The position numbers and the translations under genes were made by a program. This document shows, piece after piece, positions 19,078 to 28,813 of a stretch of DNA of 64,000 bases (position 1 is the first letter of the stretch; each line of letters starts with the position of its first letter). The notes under the pieces are model-generated. The model saw nothing but the letters and a program-made list of their open reading frames with translations. It ran no database searches and was not told where the DNA came from. The stretch comes from an uncultured Candidatus Saccharibacteria bacterium. GTDB lineage: Bacteria; Patescibacteriota; Minisyncoccia; Phycocordibacterales; Phycocordibacteraceae. The stretch lies in NCBI GenBank assembly GCA_964546795.1, contig CAZJKG010000001.1:61690-125689 (forward strand). The letters run 5' to 3'.

Positions 19078-20086
19078 AGGAAAGGATGGGGGTTATGGAA
19101 CCAGCTTGTTCCGCGTGCGTGACGGCGGCGCGCTCGAACACGCGCAATTTCGCGCTTCGCGCGCGGCGATTCGCAAGGATTTCCGGACGTCCAGGCACAA
19201 TGGGCTTCTTCGGCGAAAGCGACCCTAATCCCGCAAGCGCCGCGTCGCGCAACGCGTTCTTCACAACGCGGTCCTCAATGCTATGGAAAGAGATGATGGC
19301 GAGCCGTCCAAGCGGCGCGAGCGCATCAATGGCCGCAGTAAGCCCTTCGCGCAGAGCGCCGATCTCATCGTTGACCGCGATACGGAGCGCCTGAAAGGTT
19401 TTAGTTGCCGGATGGATCTTGCGGTCGTGATACCACGCGGGAGTTCCGGCGAGAATGGCAGCAACGAGCGCGCCCGTCGTGAGAATGCGTCCACGAGAAC
19501 GTACCGCGACAATAGAGCGCGCAATGCTGCGCGCGAAGCGTTCTTCGCCGTACGTGAAGATAAGATCGGCAAGCGCTTCTTCGGAGGAACTGTTGACGAT
19601 ATCGGCGGCCGTCTCGCCTGTCCCGAGTCCGGCCGAGGGGCCTTCCTCGCCATACGTCATCAAAAGCGGTTCGTCGTTCTGAAATGAAAAACCTCTCGGT
19701 GCGGCAATTTGGTATCCGCTCCAGCCGAGATCGAAGAATATTTTATTGACTGGGCCGATACTGAGCCGTTCAAGGACGCGTGCAAGATTACGGAAATTAT
19801 CGTTCACCAAATGCGCAATAGGACGCTCATGCCGGCGATCTTCCGCATATGATTCGCGACCGCGCTCCACCGCTGCCCTGTCGGCATCAATGCCGACAAT
19901 GACGCCGCCCTCGCCGAGCGCGGCAAGAAACGCTGCAAAATGCCCCGCTCCACCAATGGTCGCATCCACAAGCGTATCGCCCGGCTCGACAGCAAGTGCC
20001 TCAAGGACTTCATGCATGAGTACGCTGTCGTGACGTACTTCTTTACCACGTGACACATACTGCTGTATGTGTGTTTTACGGGGCAT
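19070..20086 (-). CDS. rsmH: 16S rRNA m4C1402 methyltransferase
   Basis: DATIGGAGH, DLGWS, HPATKTFQALRIAVNDE, SFHSIEDR, RARSAKLR. Confidence 0.97.
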   Translation of the reverse strand: MPRKTHIQQYVSRGKEVRHDSVLMHEVLEALAVEPGDTLVDATIGGAGHFAAFLAALGEGGVIVGIDADRAAVERGRESYAEDRRHERPIAHLVNDNFRNLARVLERLSIGPVNKIFFDLGWSGYQIAAPRGFSFQNDEPLLMTYGEEGPSAGLGTGETAADIVNSSSEEALADLIFTYGEERFARSIARSIVAVRSRGRILTTGALVAAILAGTPAWYHDRKIHPATKTFQALRIAVNDEIGALREGLTAAIDALAPLGRLAIISFHSIEDRVVKNALRDAALAGLGSLSPKKPIVPGRPEILANRRARSAKLRVFERAAVTHAEQAGSITPILSYV

Positions 20087-20087
20087 A

Positions 20088-20522
20088 TTATTTTTTACCG
20101 CCGGCATCAAGTGTTTCGGCGAATGTATCGGCGTTGCGCTCTATCGCGGCTGTGTATTTTTTCCACGCATGTTCTTCCCAAATCTCGACCCGGTCGGCCA
20201 CACCGGCGATAACCGCCATCTCTTTTATCGATGCAAACGATTTCAAATGTTCCGGTATCAGCACGCGGCCCGAGCGATCCACTTCACCTTCGGAAGAACC
20301 CGCAAGGAACAGACGCGCGAGGCCGCGACGGGCCGCACTCCCATTCACCTCTGCGGCATAGCTGCGCGCTTCCCTCTCCCATGCCTTGCGCGAATAGACA
20401 TTCAAACAATGATCAAGGCCGCGTGTTACCACAACCACGCGGCCCAAATCCTTCCGGAATTTCGAAGGTATCGAAATCCTATTTTTGGAATCAAAAGTGT
20501 GTAGGTATTCTCCGAGGAACAT
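20088..20522 (-). CDS. mraZ: Division/cell wall cluster repressor MraZ
   Basis: MFLGEYLHTFDSKNRISIP, DRSGRVLIP, RVEIW. Confidence 0.97.
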   Translation of the reverse strand: MFLGEYLHTFDSKNRISIPSKFRKDLGRVVVVTRGLDHCLNVYSRKAWEREARSYAAEVNGSAARRGLARLFLAGSSEGEVDRSGRVLIPEHLKSFASIKEMAVIAGVADRVEIWEEHAWKKYTAAIERNADTFAETLDAGGKK

Positions 20523-20554
20523 AGCAGAAGGCGGCGATGCGACTGGGAAAGAGG

Positions 20555-20620
20555 CCACCACTCCTTCTTCCCACTACATTCACCACTAGTGGAGTATATC
20601 CCACTCCACCCCACTACCCT
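20555..20620 (-). promoter_or_regulatory. Probable MraZ-binding direct repeats
   Basis: Five AGTGG(G) repeats upstream of mraZ on the minus strand, similar to known GTGGG MraZ boxes. Confidence 0.7.
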
Positions 20621-20698
20621 GCTCAAAGTTATCCACACCCAAAAACAGAGGTTCAACCTTATACATTCTGACTCCACTCTTACTGCTGGCCTTACTGG

Positions 20699-20738
20699 CT
20701 ATCCAAACCACAATGCGACCGCATTGTGATTTGGATAG
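20699..20738. repeat. Palindrome family B, copy 1
   Basis: CTATCCAAACCACAATGCG-ac-CGCATTGTGATTTGGATAG; near-identical to 63709-63752. Confidence 0.8.
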
Positions 20739-20775
20739 TGCCCACAATTTGTACTCAAAATGAAATATGGAGCCG

Positions 20776-22344
20776 TTATACTATGGCTTCGTTAAGACGC
20801 GTGATGACAAAATCACGAGGGAGGCCTGCAAGGAACCATCCGGCTTTGGGGCCTGAATCACGGTTCAAGAAAATCCGGTAAATCGCCTGAAAAAGCTCTT
20901 TGGGTTGTATGGGGATTTCGACTTTCAGTTCATGGAGACGCAAATGGAGTTCTTCGCCGGTACGTTCAGATGCCTGAAAAAATTCTGCAAGCATAGCGAG
21001 CGCGTTCTTTTGAGCATCAGAAAGCTCTACCTGCGGCATTTCCTCTTGGAGTTCGTATTTAAATTCTTCAGGCGCATACGTAGTGAGCCAGAACTTTGCA
21101 TACCGCGCGCGCTCCTCAAGCGCCCGCGTTTCGTCTTCCGTAAGGGCGCTACCCTTCGTTCGGGCGGCCTCTTCGTTAAGGGAGAGGTGTGCCATCTGTA
21201 CAATAAAAGCCACCTCCCGAAATCGCATCTGCCAAGGGGCGATAAGCGCCGCGCGCTTCTCAGGAAGTTCGCAAAGTGCGAAGAGGCGCGAATAGTCGTC
21301 CGCCTTCCCTGTACGCACGCCGTCCCCCAGTTCGTCATACCAGTCGTAGAGACGCGGTACCGATTCGCCGGAAGGATCCACATCTATCTGTTCGCGAATA
21401 TCCTTCCCGATAAGTGCAAGACGAAAGATCTCTGCAGGGAAAAGATCGCACATGTCTTTGGCGCTGCTGCCACGACCTTTTGAAGAGGACATTTTCTTCC
21501 CGCCGACAAGGAAGAATTCATATGGTATATCAAAGGGCGGCTCCTGACCGAACAGTTCACGGCACAAGTGATTTGCGACATCGCGTGAGCCGCCCTTTGT
21601 GGAATGGTCTTTGCCGCCACCCTCAATATCGACGCCTTGCGCGATCCACTTCGCCGCCCAATCAACTTTCCAGAAAAGTTTTGTCGTGCCCTTCCATGGC
21701 GTAATACGGCCCGTATGCCCGCAACTCGTTGTGCTATCTGGATTCTTGTCGCAGGCGTAGCCGACGGTCTCGCTGTCGTAGTCGTACGCGTGTGTCGTCA
21801 TCATCTTCCCGCACTTCTCACACACGACCGACACCGGGAGCCATGAGGCGTCCTTCTCGGACCCCGAGACCTCTTTCAAAATACGGCGGACATCATTCGC
21901 TCGTTCAAGTGCGATCTTGATATACGCGTCCATCTTCCCCGATTGGTAGAGTTCGGTCGCCCGATAGTAACTCGGCGTGAATCCGGCTTTTTTGTGCACC
22001 TCCATGAATTCAGCGCCGAAGTACTCTGCATAATTTTTGAAACCCGGTTCAGGACTTGGCACCTTATAGAGCGGCTTCCCGAGATGTTCTCTGAATATTC
22101 CTGCGTCAAGATAGTTCGGTATGGAATCAAACGGGTCAAAGTCGTTAAGCTCAAATCGGAACTCATTCTTGATGCCGTATTCCCCGAGGACTTCCGAAAT
22201 GAGCCCATGGATGGCAACGCCGCGCATCGAGCCCACATGCACCCGGCCGGAAAGCGTCTTTTCGTCCCGAATGATAAAAGTTTTCCCGTCAGTCGGTTTG
22301 CGCGTATCTCGTATCTCGCCGGCTATCCTATCGGCCCACAGCAT
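20776..22344 (-). CDS. lysS: Class I lysine--tRNA ligase
   Basis: SGRVHVG (HIGH-like), KLFWKVDW, GGKDH, KMSSSKG. Confidence 0.95.
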   Translation of the reverse strand: MLWADRIAGEIRDTRKPTDGKTFIIRDEKTLSGRVHVGSMRGVAIHGLISEVLGEYGIKNEFRFELNDFDPFDSIPNYLDAGIFREHLGKPLYKVPSPEPGFKNYAEYFGAEFMEVHKKAGFTPSYYRATELYQSGKMDAYIKIALERANDVRRILKEVSGSEKDASWLPVSVVCEKCGKMMTTHAYDYDSETVGYACDKNPDSTTSCGHTGRITPWKGTTKLFWKVDWAAKWIAQGVDIEGGGKDHSTKGGSRDVANHLCRELFGQEPPFDIPYEFFLVGGKKMSSSKGRGSSAKDMCDLFPAEIFRLALIGKDIREQIDVDPSGESVPRLYDWYDELGDGVRTGKADDYSRLFALCELPEKRAALIAPWQMRFREVAFIVQMAHLSLNEEAARTKGSALTEDETRALEERARYAKFWLTTYAPEEFKYELQEEMPQVELSDAQKNALAMLAEFFQASERTGEELHLRLHELKVEIPIQPKELFQAIYRIFLNRDSGPKAGWFLAGLPRDFVITRLNEAIV

Positions 22345-22378
22345 AAGCGTATCGTATCACGCCGTCTTACGCGCACGC

Positions 22379-24064
22379 TTACGCGGATTGCGCTGGAAAT
22401 TCAACGATGAAGGTTGAGCCCTTGTCGGGGCCGTCGGAGGTGCAGGTGATGGTCCCGCCGTGCGCTTCCACGATATTCTTGGCGATATAAAGACCGTAAC
22501 CGGTGGAATGGATATTCGTTTTCTGCGAATCCTTGCCATGACCGCCCTCGGTGAAAAGATTCTTTTTATCTTCATCGCTGATGCCGACGCCGGTATCCGT
22601 AATAGTGAAAACAATTTTTCCTGTCCCGAGCCCGGCCGAGGGAGCATTCTCTTTTTTCAAGGAAGCGGTAATTGTACCTGCAGGCGTATAGTTGACGGCA
22701 TTCTCAATGAGGTTCCGGAACACATTGTCGGCGATTTTTTCCTTATCGCCGCTCAAGGTGTATGGAGCACCGGAATCATCCGCTGAAAATGAGAGAGTTA
22801 GATTCTTTTCTTTTGCCGTCGGCTGCTCTTTCTCTATAACCTCCGCAATGACCGCCTTGAGGTCAAAAGGCGCTTTTGCATACGTTATCGTTCCCTTCTT
22901 TTGGTTGGCAGCAGTGAGGATATCCGTCACCGAACGAACGCCGTCGCGCGATTGTATGAGCGCGCGAGTAACGAACGGCTTCAGCGGCTCCGGTAATGCT
23001 CCAAAATCACCGTCGGAGAGCGAAGCGAATGCCCCGGCATCTTTGGTCAAAAATCCTTTCACTTCGTGCCCGATAAAGTGAATGAGTCCTTCCTGCCGTT
23101 CATTTGTCTGCTCAAGTTCCACGGCGAGTATCTCGATATGCTCGCGCTGCTCGATTTCTCGTTTGACGCTTCGAACCAAAAATATACCGCTCAACGCGAA
23201 TGCTATGAGTGTTACTGCTGTCAAAAGAAAGTCCTCGGGTACCGTACTATAGAACAAGCGTGCGCCAATAAGGAATACAATTACCCAAACCAGTGCTTGT
23301 GTAGCAAGCAGTTTCACATTAAATGCATGGTACTGGACAATCATATAAGTTAGCAGGACCAAAAACAGGAGCATCCCAAGAGGTCCCCATAAGTTGAATT
23401 CATAAACTCGAGTTATTTCTCCATAAAAATTTGAAAGGAAGAATATTCCTAAAAATAACGCTATTCCTGTGGTAAGAACGGTTATCTGATTCTTGAAATG
23501 CTTATCAGTGGCCTTTCGGTAAGCACTGATGCCAAGGATTATCATGAACGCGATTGCTCCTGGCTCAAGAGCATATAATAGTTGCCAGAGTGTCCCATTG
23601 ATACCTTCACAGTTGTACACATCGTAGGATGTGGCGTTGAATGCTGTTGGTGTAACCACAATGACACCGAGTATAAGCATTCCTAACACGATTTTCCCTA
23701 TAAATGGGATGTCTTGTTTGTAAAAAAAAACATACGCAAAATAAAAAATGCTCAAGAAGATGCTTACTTCAAAAATAGCGGTTAACTGCCAAGAAAAGAA
23801 TAGAACTGTATGGTAGGAAGCAACCCACTGAACAAGTATATTTGCTACCCAGAGTACAAACGATAGCGTTAGCACTAAAAGGAGTCTTGCTTGAAGCAAC
23901 TTCTTATTGTTCCAAACCACATAAAAAGCCACTAATAGAGCCGCAATAATAATTGGAATATAAGAATAGAAAAGAAATGGTGGGGCCGTTGAGAAATCAA
24001 AAAGGCCAAGAAAAGACGGTGCCTCCTCCCCGCAAATAATCTGTCCTAGTTCTGTGAATGGCAT
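22379..24064 (-). CDS. Membrane sensor histidine kinase (multi-TM N-terminus)
   Basis: HEVKG H-box, NLIENAVNY, DTGVG, GYGLYIAK..V..HGG. Confidence 0.93.
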   Translation of the reverse strand: MPFTELGQIICGEEAPSFLGLFDFSTAPPFLFYSYIPIIIAALLVAFYVVWNNKKLLQARLLLVLTLSFVLWVANILVQWVASYHTVLFFSWQLTAIFEVSIFLSIFYFAYVFFYKQDIPFIGKIVLGMLILGVIVVTPTAFNATSYDVYNCEGINGTLWQLLYALEPGAIAFMIILGISAYRKATDKHFKNQITVLTTGIALFLGIFFLSNFYGEITRVYEFNLWGPLGMLLFLVLLTYMIVQYHAFNVKLLATQALVWVIVFLIGARLFYSTVPEDFLLTAVTLIAFALSGIFLVRSVKREIEQREHIEILAVELEQTNERQEGLIHFIGHEVKGFLTKDAGAFASLSDGDFGALPEPLKPFVTRALIQSRDGVRSVTDILTAANQKKGTITYAKAPFDLKAVIAEVIEKEQPTAKEKNLTLSFSADDSGAPYTLSGDKEKIADNVFRNLIENAVNYTPAGTITASLKKENAPSAGLGTGKIVFTITDTGVGISDEDKKNLFTEGGHGKDSQKTNIHSTGYGLYIAKNIVEAHGGTITCTSDGPDKGSTFIVEFPAQSA

Positions 24065-24066
24065 AA

Positions 24067-24207
24067 CTATTCAAGACTTTCTTCGAGTTCGCCTTCTATA
24101 TTAATAACCGTGAATTCCCCTAAGACTACTGTTCTGTAGTAAGTGATAGCGACTGCAATAACCAGTGCGACCAGAATCACGGTAATAAGGGCTCTTTCTT
24201 TACTCAT
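24067..24207 (-). CDS. 46-aa single-pass membrane microprotein (not in ORF track)
   Basis: MSKERALITVILVALVIAVAITYYRTVVLGEFTVINIEGELEESLE fills the gap between the DUF2156 gene and the kinase. Confidence 0.6.
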   Translation of the reverse strand: MSKERALITVILVALVIAVAITYYRTVVLGEFTVINIEGELEESLE

Positions 24208-24216
24208 GGTCAATTG

Positions 24217-25149
24217 CTATTCTATCACGCTGGAAACAACAATTGACGATACTGTGAACTTCTTTAAAAAGGAAACTGGTCGATATTTCATCTTTGATTT
24301 TCTCAAATTTTCTATTCCCAAATCCTGTTCAAAATTCCATAAGGTTAATCCCCTGCTGTTTAAATACTTGGCTATCGAGTACAGTAAAAAGTCGTATATT
24401 CCTGTTTTCTGAGTATCAGCTTTCCAGAAATGTCCTATGCAATAGTCATCTGTAAGTATTTCTTCTATGGAAAAAGCAATGGTGTTGGATTCATTCGAGA
24501 TGGTAGTAATGATGAACTTATGATCATTTTTTAATGAATTGAGTAGTCGAGAAAGAGCTATTCTTTCTTTATGAACTTCAAATTCTTTCCCTTTGGCAAT
24601 TTTGTCCGCTCCCCATAAATCAAGAAGATTTAAAATATGATCTTTCAATCCACTTTCGTTTTTATCTTTCACTTCTACATGATACTGCGAATATAGCTCC
24701 GAAAACTTTCTGACGTTTCGTCGCAAATCTTTAAAAGACCCGCCTTCGAGACGACTTAATGATGGGATATCTAAAATATAGTCAAAATTATTGCGGTCCT
24801 CCATAACCAAAAACTCCTTGTTGTTAGAGTCAGGTATCGAGACCTCGGGAATCAATTCTAGTGACTTCAATAGCTCGTGTTTTTCAGCATAGCCAAGTAA
24901 CGATATTATTGTCTCTTCAATTTTGTTACTTCCTAGAAACGAAAGAAACTGTTCACTTGTGGTGTAGTCCGTGAGGCGGGCAACAAGGTTGCCGTTAAGT
25001 TCTGAAACCATGCGCTCGTCACTGGTATCCCACGCCCACAGACTCGTGAAGTTAAAATCTGAATACGGTGGATACTGGCAAGTGTATGACTCGACTGCTT
25101 TCCTATCATTGACCTCAATTTTCTTAAATTCAGGGAACGTGGGAATCAT
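24217..25149 (-). CDS. DUF2156 / aminoacyl-phosphatidylglycerol transferase-like GNAT domain protein
   Basis: YSDFNFTSLWAW, DRNNFDY, HFWKAD, NFEQDLG..NLRKSK..YRP. Confidence 0.85.
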   Translation of the reverse strand: MIPTFPEFKKIEVNDRKAVESYTCQYPPYSDFNFTSLWAWDTSDERMVSELNGNLVARLTDYTTSEQFLSFLGSNKIEETIISLLGYAEKHELLKSLELIPEVSIPDSNNKEFLVMEDRNNFDYILDIPSLSRLEGGSFKDLRRNVRKFSELYSQYHVEVKDKNESGLKDHILNLLDLWGADKIAKGKEFEVHKERIALSRLLNSLKNDHKFIITTISNESNTIAFSIEEILTDDYCIGHFWKADTQKTGIYDFLLYSIAKYLNSRGLTLWNFEQDLGIENLRKSKMKYRPVSFLKKFTVSSIVVSSVIE

Positions 25150-25153
25150 CGAG

Positions 25154-25546
25154 TTAAACTAGGTTATGCGCTGGATACTTAAGACCTCGTTTGATGAAAT
25201 GGACCTCTACTTCCTCCAGATAGAATTTTTTCTTAAAAAAGTCGACTATAAACTCTTGGTCCATGCCATTTTGGCAGGTGTAAACGTCTGCTGAGACAAA
25301 TCGTCGCTTTGGGAACGTATGAATGCTGATGTGACTTTCTGCGATGATAACGAAGCCACTCCACCCGCCCGAATCTTTGATATGGTTGTCCGGTGCAGGG
25401 ACGACGTGCGGCTTCATGAGCGGACGCATCCGGAGCGCGTCACAAAGCTCGGTAAGAGTAGAGAAAACAGCTTCTTCACTGTCGAGGCGAACCGGATCCC
25501 CGCCATAGCCGTCAATAGTTATATGTTCACCGAAGTGGGCTGCCAT
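25154..25546 (-). CDS. speD: S-adenosylmethionine decarboxylase proenzyme
   Basis: FGEHITIDGY, GWSGFVIIAE/SHISIHTFP, ADVYTC. Confidence 0.92.
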   Translation of the reverse strand: MAAHFGEHITIDGYGGDPVRLDSEEAVFSTLTELCDALRMRPLMKPHVVPAPDNHIKDSGGWSGFVIIAESHISIHTFPKRRFVSADVYTCQNGMDQEFIVDFFKKKFYLEEVEVHFIKRGLKYPAHNLV

Positions 25547-25626
25547 GCACCTTTATTATATCACCCATTACGTCAACGACAATTTAAAACAAAACCGGCA
25601 ACGATGCGTGTGCATCATTGCCGGCC

Positions 25627-26196
25627 TCAAAACAATTTTACAACCAGGTCATACCCGAGCCAGTTGAGAACTGGAGAAACGTACGGCATGAGCCATCTCC
25701 TGAAAACTTCGATGGCACCAAAGACGAGCGCTCCCCAATACAGATTACTGATCACAATGGCTCCCCAGAAGATCTTCCAGTCTCGTGGGGTCATGGTATG
25801 GTTCTCACTCCCCCGCCGCATATACACGACTGCGATGAACGCGTCGTACTTAATGCAGAGGAAAAGGAAGGCCATAGCGTCGCCACGATCGGCAATTCGC
25901 TGGAAGAACTTTCTGACTTTCCCTGTCGCCTCTCCGTCGCGTACGAGCTTAATCGTCTCAATACCGAGCCAGTCTTGGCCTGTCAGGTCGTAGAACCACA
26001 GGCACCCGAGACAAAGCGCAATTGAGCCGGCGACTGCGTAGAGCCACCCGAGAGCTAGACCATAGACCGCAATAAGATAGGGGTAAACCACGAAGTTGTA
26101 CCCCACTGCCATTGCAGTGTTAGCGGTAAGACCAAGGACTAAGATGCCGATTCGCTTCCAGAAGCGAATCGGGTGATTCGCTTTCTCGAGCGCCAT
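25627..26196 (-). CDS. Hypothetical membrane protein
   Basis: Several TM segments; AAAGGAG SD; TTGCAT-17-TATAGT promoter upstream. Confidence 0.75.
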   Translation of the reverse strand: MALEKANHPIRFWKRIGILVLGLTANTAMAVGYNFVVYPYLIAVYGLALGWLYAVAGSIALCLGCLWFYDLTGQDWLGIETIKLVRDGEATGKVRKFFQRIADRGDAMAFLFLCIKYDAFIAVVYMRRGSENHTMTPRDWKIFWGAIVISNLYWGALVFGAIEVFRRWLMPYVSPVLNWLGYDLVVKLF

Positions 26197-26305
26197 CTGA
26201 CAGCTCCTTTCTGCTCCGGAATGTTAAGAACACCGCATTCAGGAAAGTCCCCGAATGCCACCCGATTGCACTATAGCACACCAAATAAAAAATGCAAGTG
26301 TTATT

Positions 26306-26779
26306 TTATGCTACTTTCTCGATGGTATAGGTCTGTTTGCCGGATGGGGTCTCAAACGTGAACACGTCCCCTTTCTTCTTCCCCATTAATGCGGCTCCCA
26401 AGGGCGAAACATGCGAAAGTTTTTTCACGCGCATATCGGCCTCTTCACTGCCGACGATGACATATTCATGCAAGTCCTCATTTCCCTCTTTCTTAATGGA
26501 TACTTTGGAGCCGAAACTGACTTCATTCTTCTTCTTTCCGTCGGTGATGATCTTCGTGTACTTCACGAGTTCTTCAAGTTTTTTGATGCGCTCCTCGGTC
26601 GCCGCTTGCAGATCGCGCGCCTCTTGATACTCGGCATTTTCCGAGAGGTCGCCGAGTGAACGGGCATACTCAAGATTCTTGGCAATCTCGGTGCGGCGCA
26701 CCGTCTTCAAATTCTCAAGCTCCTTTATCATCTCGTCGAATTTTTCCTGCGAGACGAGTGTGTCTTGTGCATCAGGCAT
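26306..26779 (-). CDS. greA: Transcription elongation factor GreA
   Basis: GDLSENAEY, IVGSEEAD, SPLGAALMG. Confidence 0.97.
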   Translation of the reverse strand: MPDAQDTLVSQEKFDEMIKELENLKTVRRTEIAKNLEYARSLGDLSENAEYQEARDLQAATEERIKKLEELVKYTKIITDGKKKNEVSFGSKVSIKKEGNEDLHEYVIVGSEEADMRVKKLSHVSPLGAALMGKKKGDVFTFETPSGKQTYTIEKVA

Positions 26780-26829
26780 ACGTAGTGCGTGCATTGTACG
26801 CGAGCGCTGCAGGAGCGCAAGCCATTGCG

Positions 26830-28497
26830 CTAATCGGTATAAGGAGAATGTTCGGCGTGGAGCGATTCAAAGAATTGTCTCATGACATTGACCGCTTGAC
26901 TGCCCGAACCTTCTGGACCGCGTTCAAGCACGACTGCGAAAGCATACTGCGGCTGATTGTACGGAAAAAAACCAATTACCCATGAATTGTCATATTGATT
27001 GCGCACACCTGTTTGCGCCGTGCCGGTCTTTGCTGCCACTGCTATGTAAGGGAGATTGATTGCACCCGCGAGCGCGTTCGTGACGGTCTGTCGCATACCC
27101 TCACGCACCACCGAAAACGCAGAGACGGATACGGGCACGGTTGTATAGGTTGGCGTTTGTCCTGTGCGCGCGCTTGGTACGAAAAGTTTTCCGTCGTTCG
27201 CTACCGCAGCGATCGCCCGCACCATTTGTATCGGCGTTACCTGTACCGAGTATTGCCCGATGGCCGTGAAGTATGTGTCACCGAGGTACCACGGCTCGTT
27301 GAAAATCTCCCGTTTCCATGCGGGAGTCGGGATGAGTCCGTCCGCCTCCTCGGGCAAGTCAATGCCCGTCTGGCTTCCAAGACCGAATTGCCGGTACCAA
27401 TAATCAAGCCGGTCGATACCGAGACCTTTCTGATTTCCAAATCCGCCGCCGACGGTATAGAAAAAGATGTCCGAGGACCAAGCAATGGCCTTTCTCACAT
27501 CCACCGGACCAAGCGCCTTCCAACCCTTGTAAATGAAGTTCTCTCCCGGATGATACGGGTCCGGCAAAGAGAGAAATCCGGGATCGTTGATGACGGTGTT
27601 GGGAGTGATGAGACCGTCGGTGAGCGCACCAGACGCGACAAACGGCTTCACGATGGAGCCGGGCGCATAGACGCCCTGCACGGCATGATCAAGAAATGGA
27701 TGTCCGGGATTTGCATTATAGCCAGCGATGGTTACGGACGGACCGCCATCCGACATCACATTCGGGTCGTAGCTTGGATAGGAGACGATGGCGCGCACCT
27801 CGCCGGTATGCACATCCATGATGACACCCGCGCCGGCGATGAAACGGGTCTTGCTTGCAATGTCTGCAATGGCGCGCGCAAACGCCCGCTGAAGATCGGC
27901 GTCGATCGACAACTGGACCGTTTTTCCTTCCTCTGCCGGAACAACAATTCCCTCGGAACGAACCTGGCCAAATGCATCCGTCTCGGTCAAAAGCTGTCCG
28001 TTCTTCCCGGCAAGAAGCGAATTGTATTGGGCCTCTATGCCGGCAAGACCTGTCTCGCTCGTATCGTAATATATTCCTCTTGAGTCCTTCTTCGGATAGG
28101 AAACGTAACCGATGATCTGGCTCAAAGAAGGTATCGGATAATTGCGTCCGACGCTGCCATCGGATTTCTCTACATTTTCAGCAAGTACAACGCCATACAT
28201 GTCGGTGATGATGCCTCTCGGAGCAAAGAGTGTCGTGACTTCAAGCGAGTTATGTGCGCTCTCTGCGGCAAAGACGGAACCGTTTGTTATCTGGAGATTC
28301 CAGGAGCGAACAATGAGAATGAGGAAGAGGAGCGCGAGCATGCCGGCAAGCGAAAAGAATGTTCCCTGCGGCAGCGGTTTCTCTATCCTCCCCTCGAAGC
28401 GCGCATGATTGAACTCTTGTGTATTTGACGCATCAAGAAATATCTCATCGGGAGCGATCTCCGGATCTCGCCTCCTCTTTCTGCGCCATCCCATCAT
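26830..28497 (-). CDS. mrdA: Penicillin-binding protein 2 (elongation)
   Basis: PGSIVK, SSD, KTGTAQ; follows mreBC. Confidence 0.9.
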   Translation of the reverse strand: MMGWRRKRRRDPEIAPDEIFLDASNTQEFNHARFEGRIEKPLPQGTFFSLAGMLALLFLILIVRSWNLQITNGSVFAAESAHNSLEVTTLFAPRGIITDMYGVVLAENVEKSDGSVGRNYPIPSLSQIIGYVSYPKKDSRGIYYDTSETGLAGIEAQYNSLLAGKNGQLLTETDAFGQVRSEGIVVPAEEGKTVQLSIDADLQRAFARAIADIASKTRFIAGAGVIMDVHTGEVRAIVSYPSYDPNVMSDGGPSVTIAGYNANPGHPFLDHAVQGVYAPGSIVKPFVASGALTDGLITPNTVINDPGFLSLPDPYHPGENFIYKGWKALGPVDVRKAIAWSSDIFFYTVGGGFGNQKGLGIDRLDYWYRQFGLGSQTGIDLPEEADGLIPTPAWKREIFNEPWYLGDTYFTAIGQYSVQVTPIQMVRAIAAVANDGKLFVPSARTGQTPTYTTVPVSVSAFSVVREGMRQTVTNALAGAINLPYIAVAAKTGTAQTGVRNQYDNSWVIGFFPYNQPQYAFAVVLERGPEGSGSQAVNVMRQFFESLHAEHSPYTD

Positions 28498-28555
28498 TCC
28501 CCAATAATACTCGCCCCGTTAGAGATAGGAAGTGCTTGAGATATGTGTATAAATA

Positions 28556-28813
28556 TCATAAATCTCTAACCGGGCTCGACCTGAGACGGCTACGCACGAA
28601 CAGCATACTAAAGGTAAGAATGGTCCCGCAGATGGTAAAGAGCGGTAGGGTGTACGCATGAGGAGCGTAATAAAGCGTATCGGCGAATATACCGATAGCG
28701 AGCGGCACGAGCGGTTCCGTAAACGAAGAGACGAACGCGAGTGCGGCTGTAAGAGGCCACGGAAACAGTACCGCGGATATAAAAGTGAGGAGTGTAAGTA
28801 TGCCCTGCGTCAT
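28556..28813 (-). CDS. Small membrane protein in the MreD position
   Basis: 85 aa, three hydrophobic segments, located between mreC and mrdA. Confidence 0.65.
   Translation of the reverse strand: MTQGILTLLTFISAVLFPWPLTAALAFVSSFTEPLVPLAIGIFADTLYYAPHAYTLPLFTICGTILTFSMLFVRSRLRSSPVRDL

Noticed and set aside
20629-20637. DnaA boxes (TTATCCACA at ~20629; reverse copy at ~50974) as oriC
   Set aside because: They are isolated single boxes with no cluster and no dnaA or dnaN nearby.
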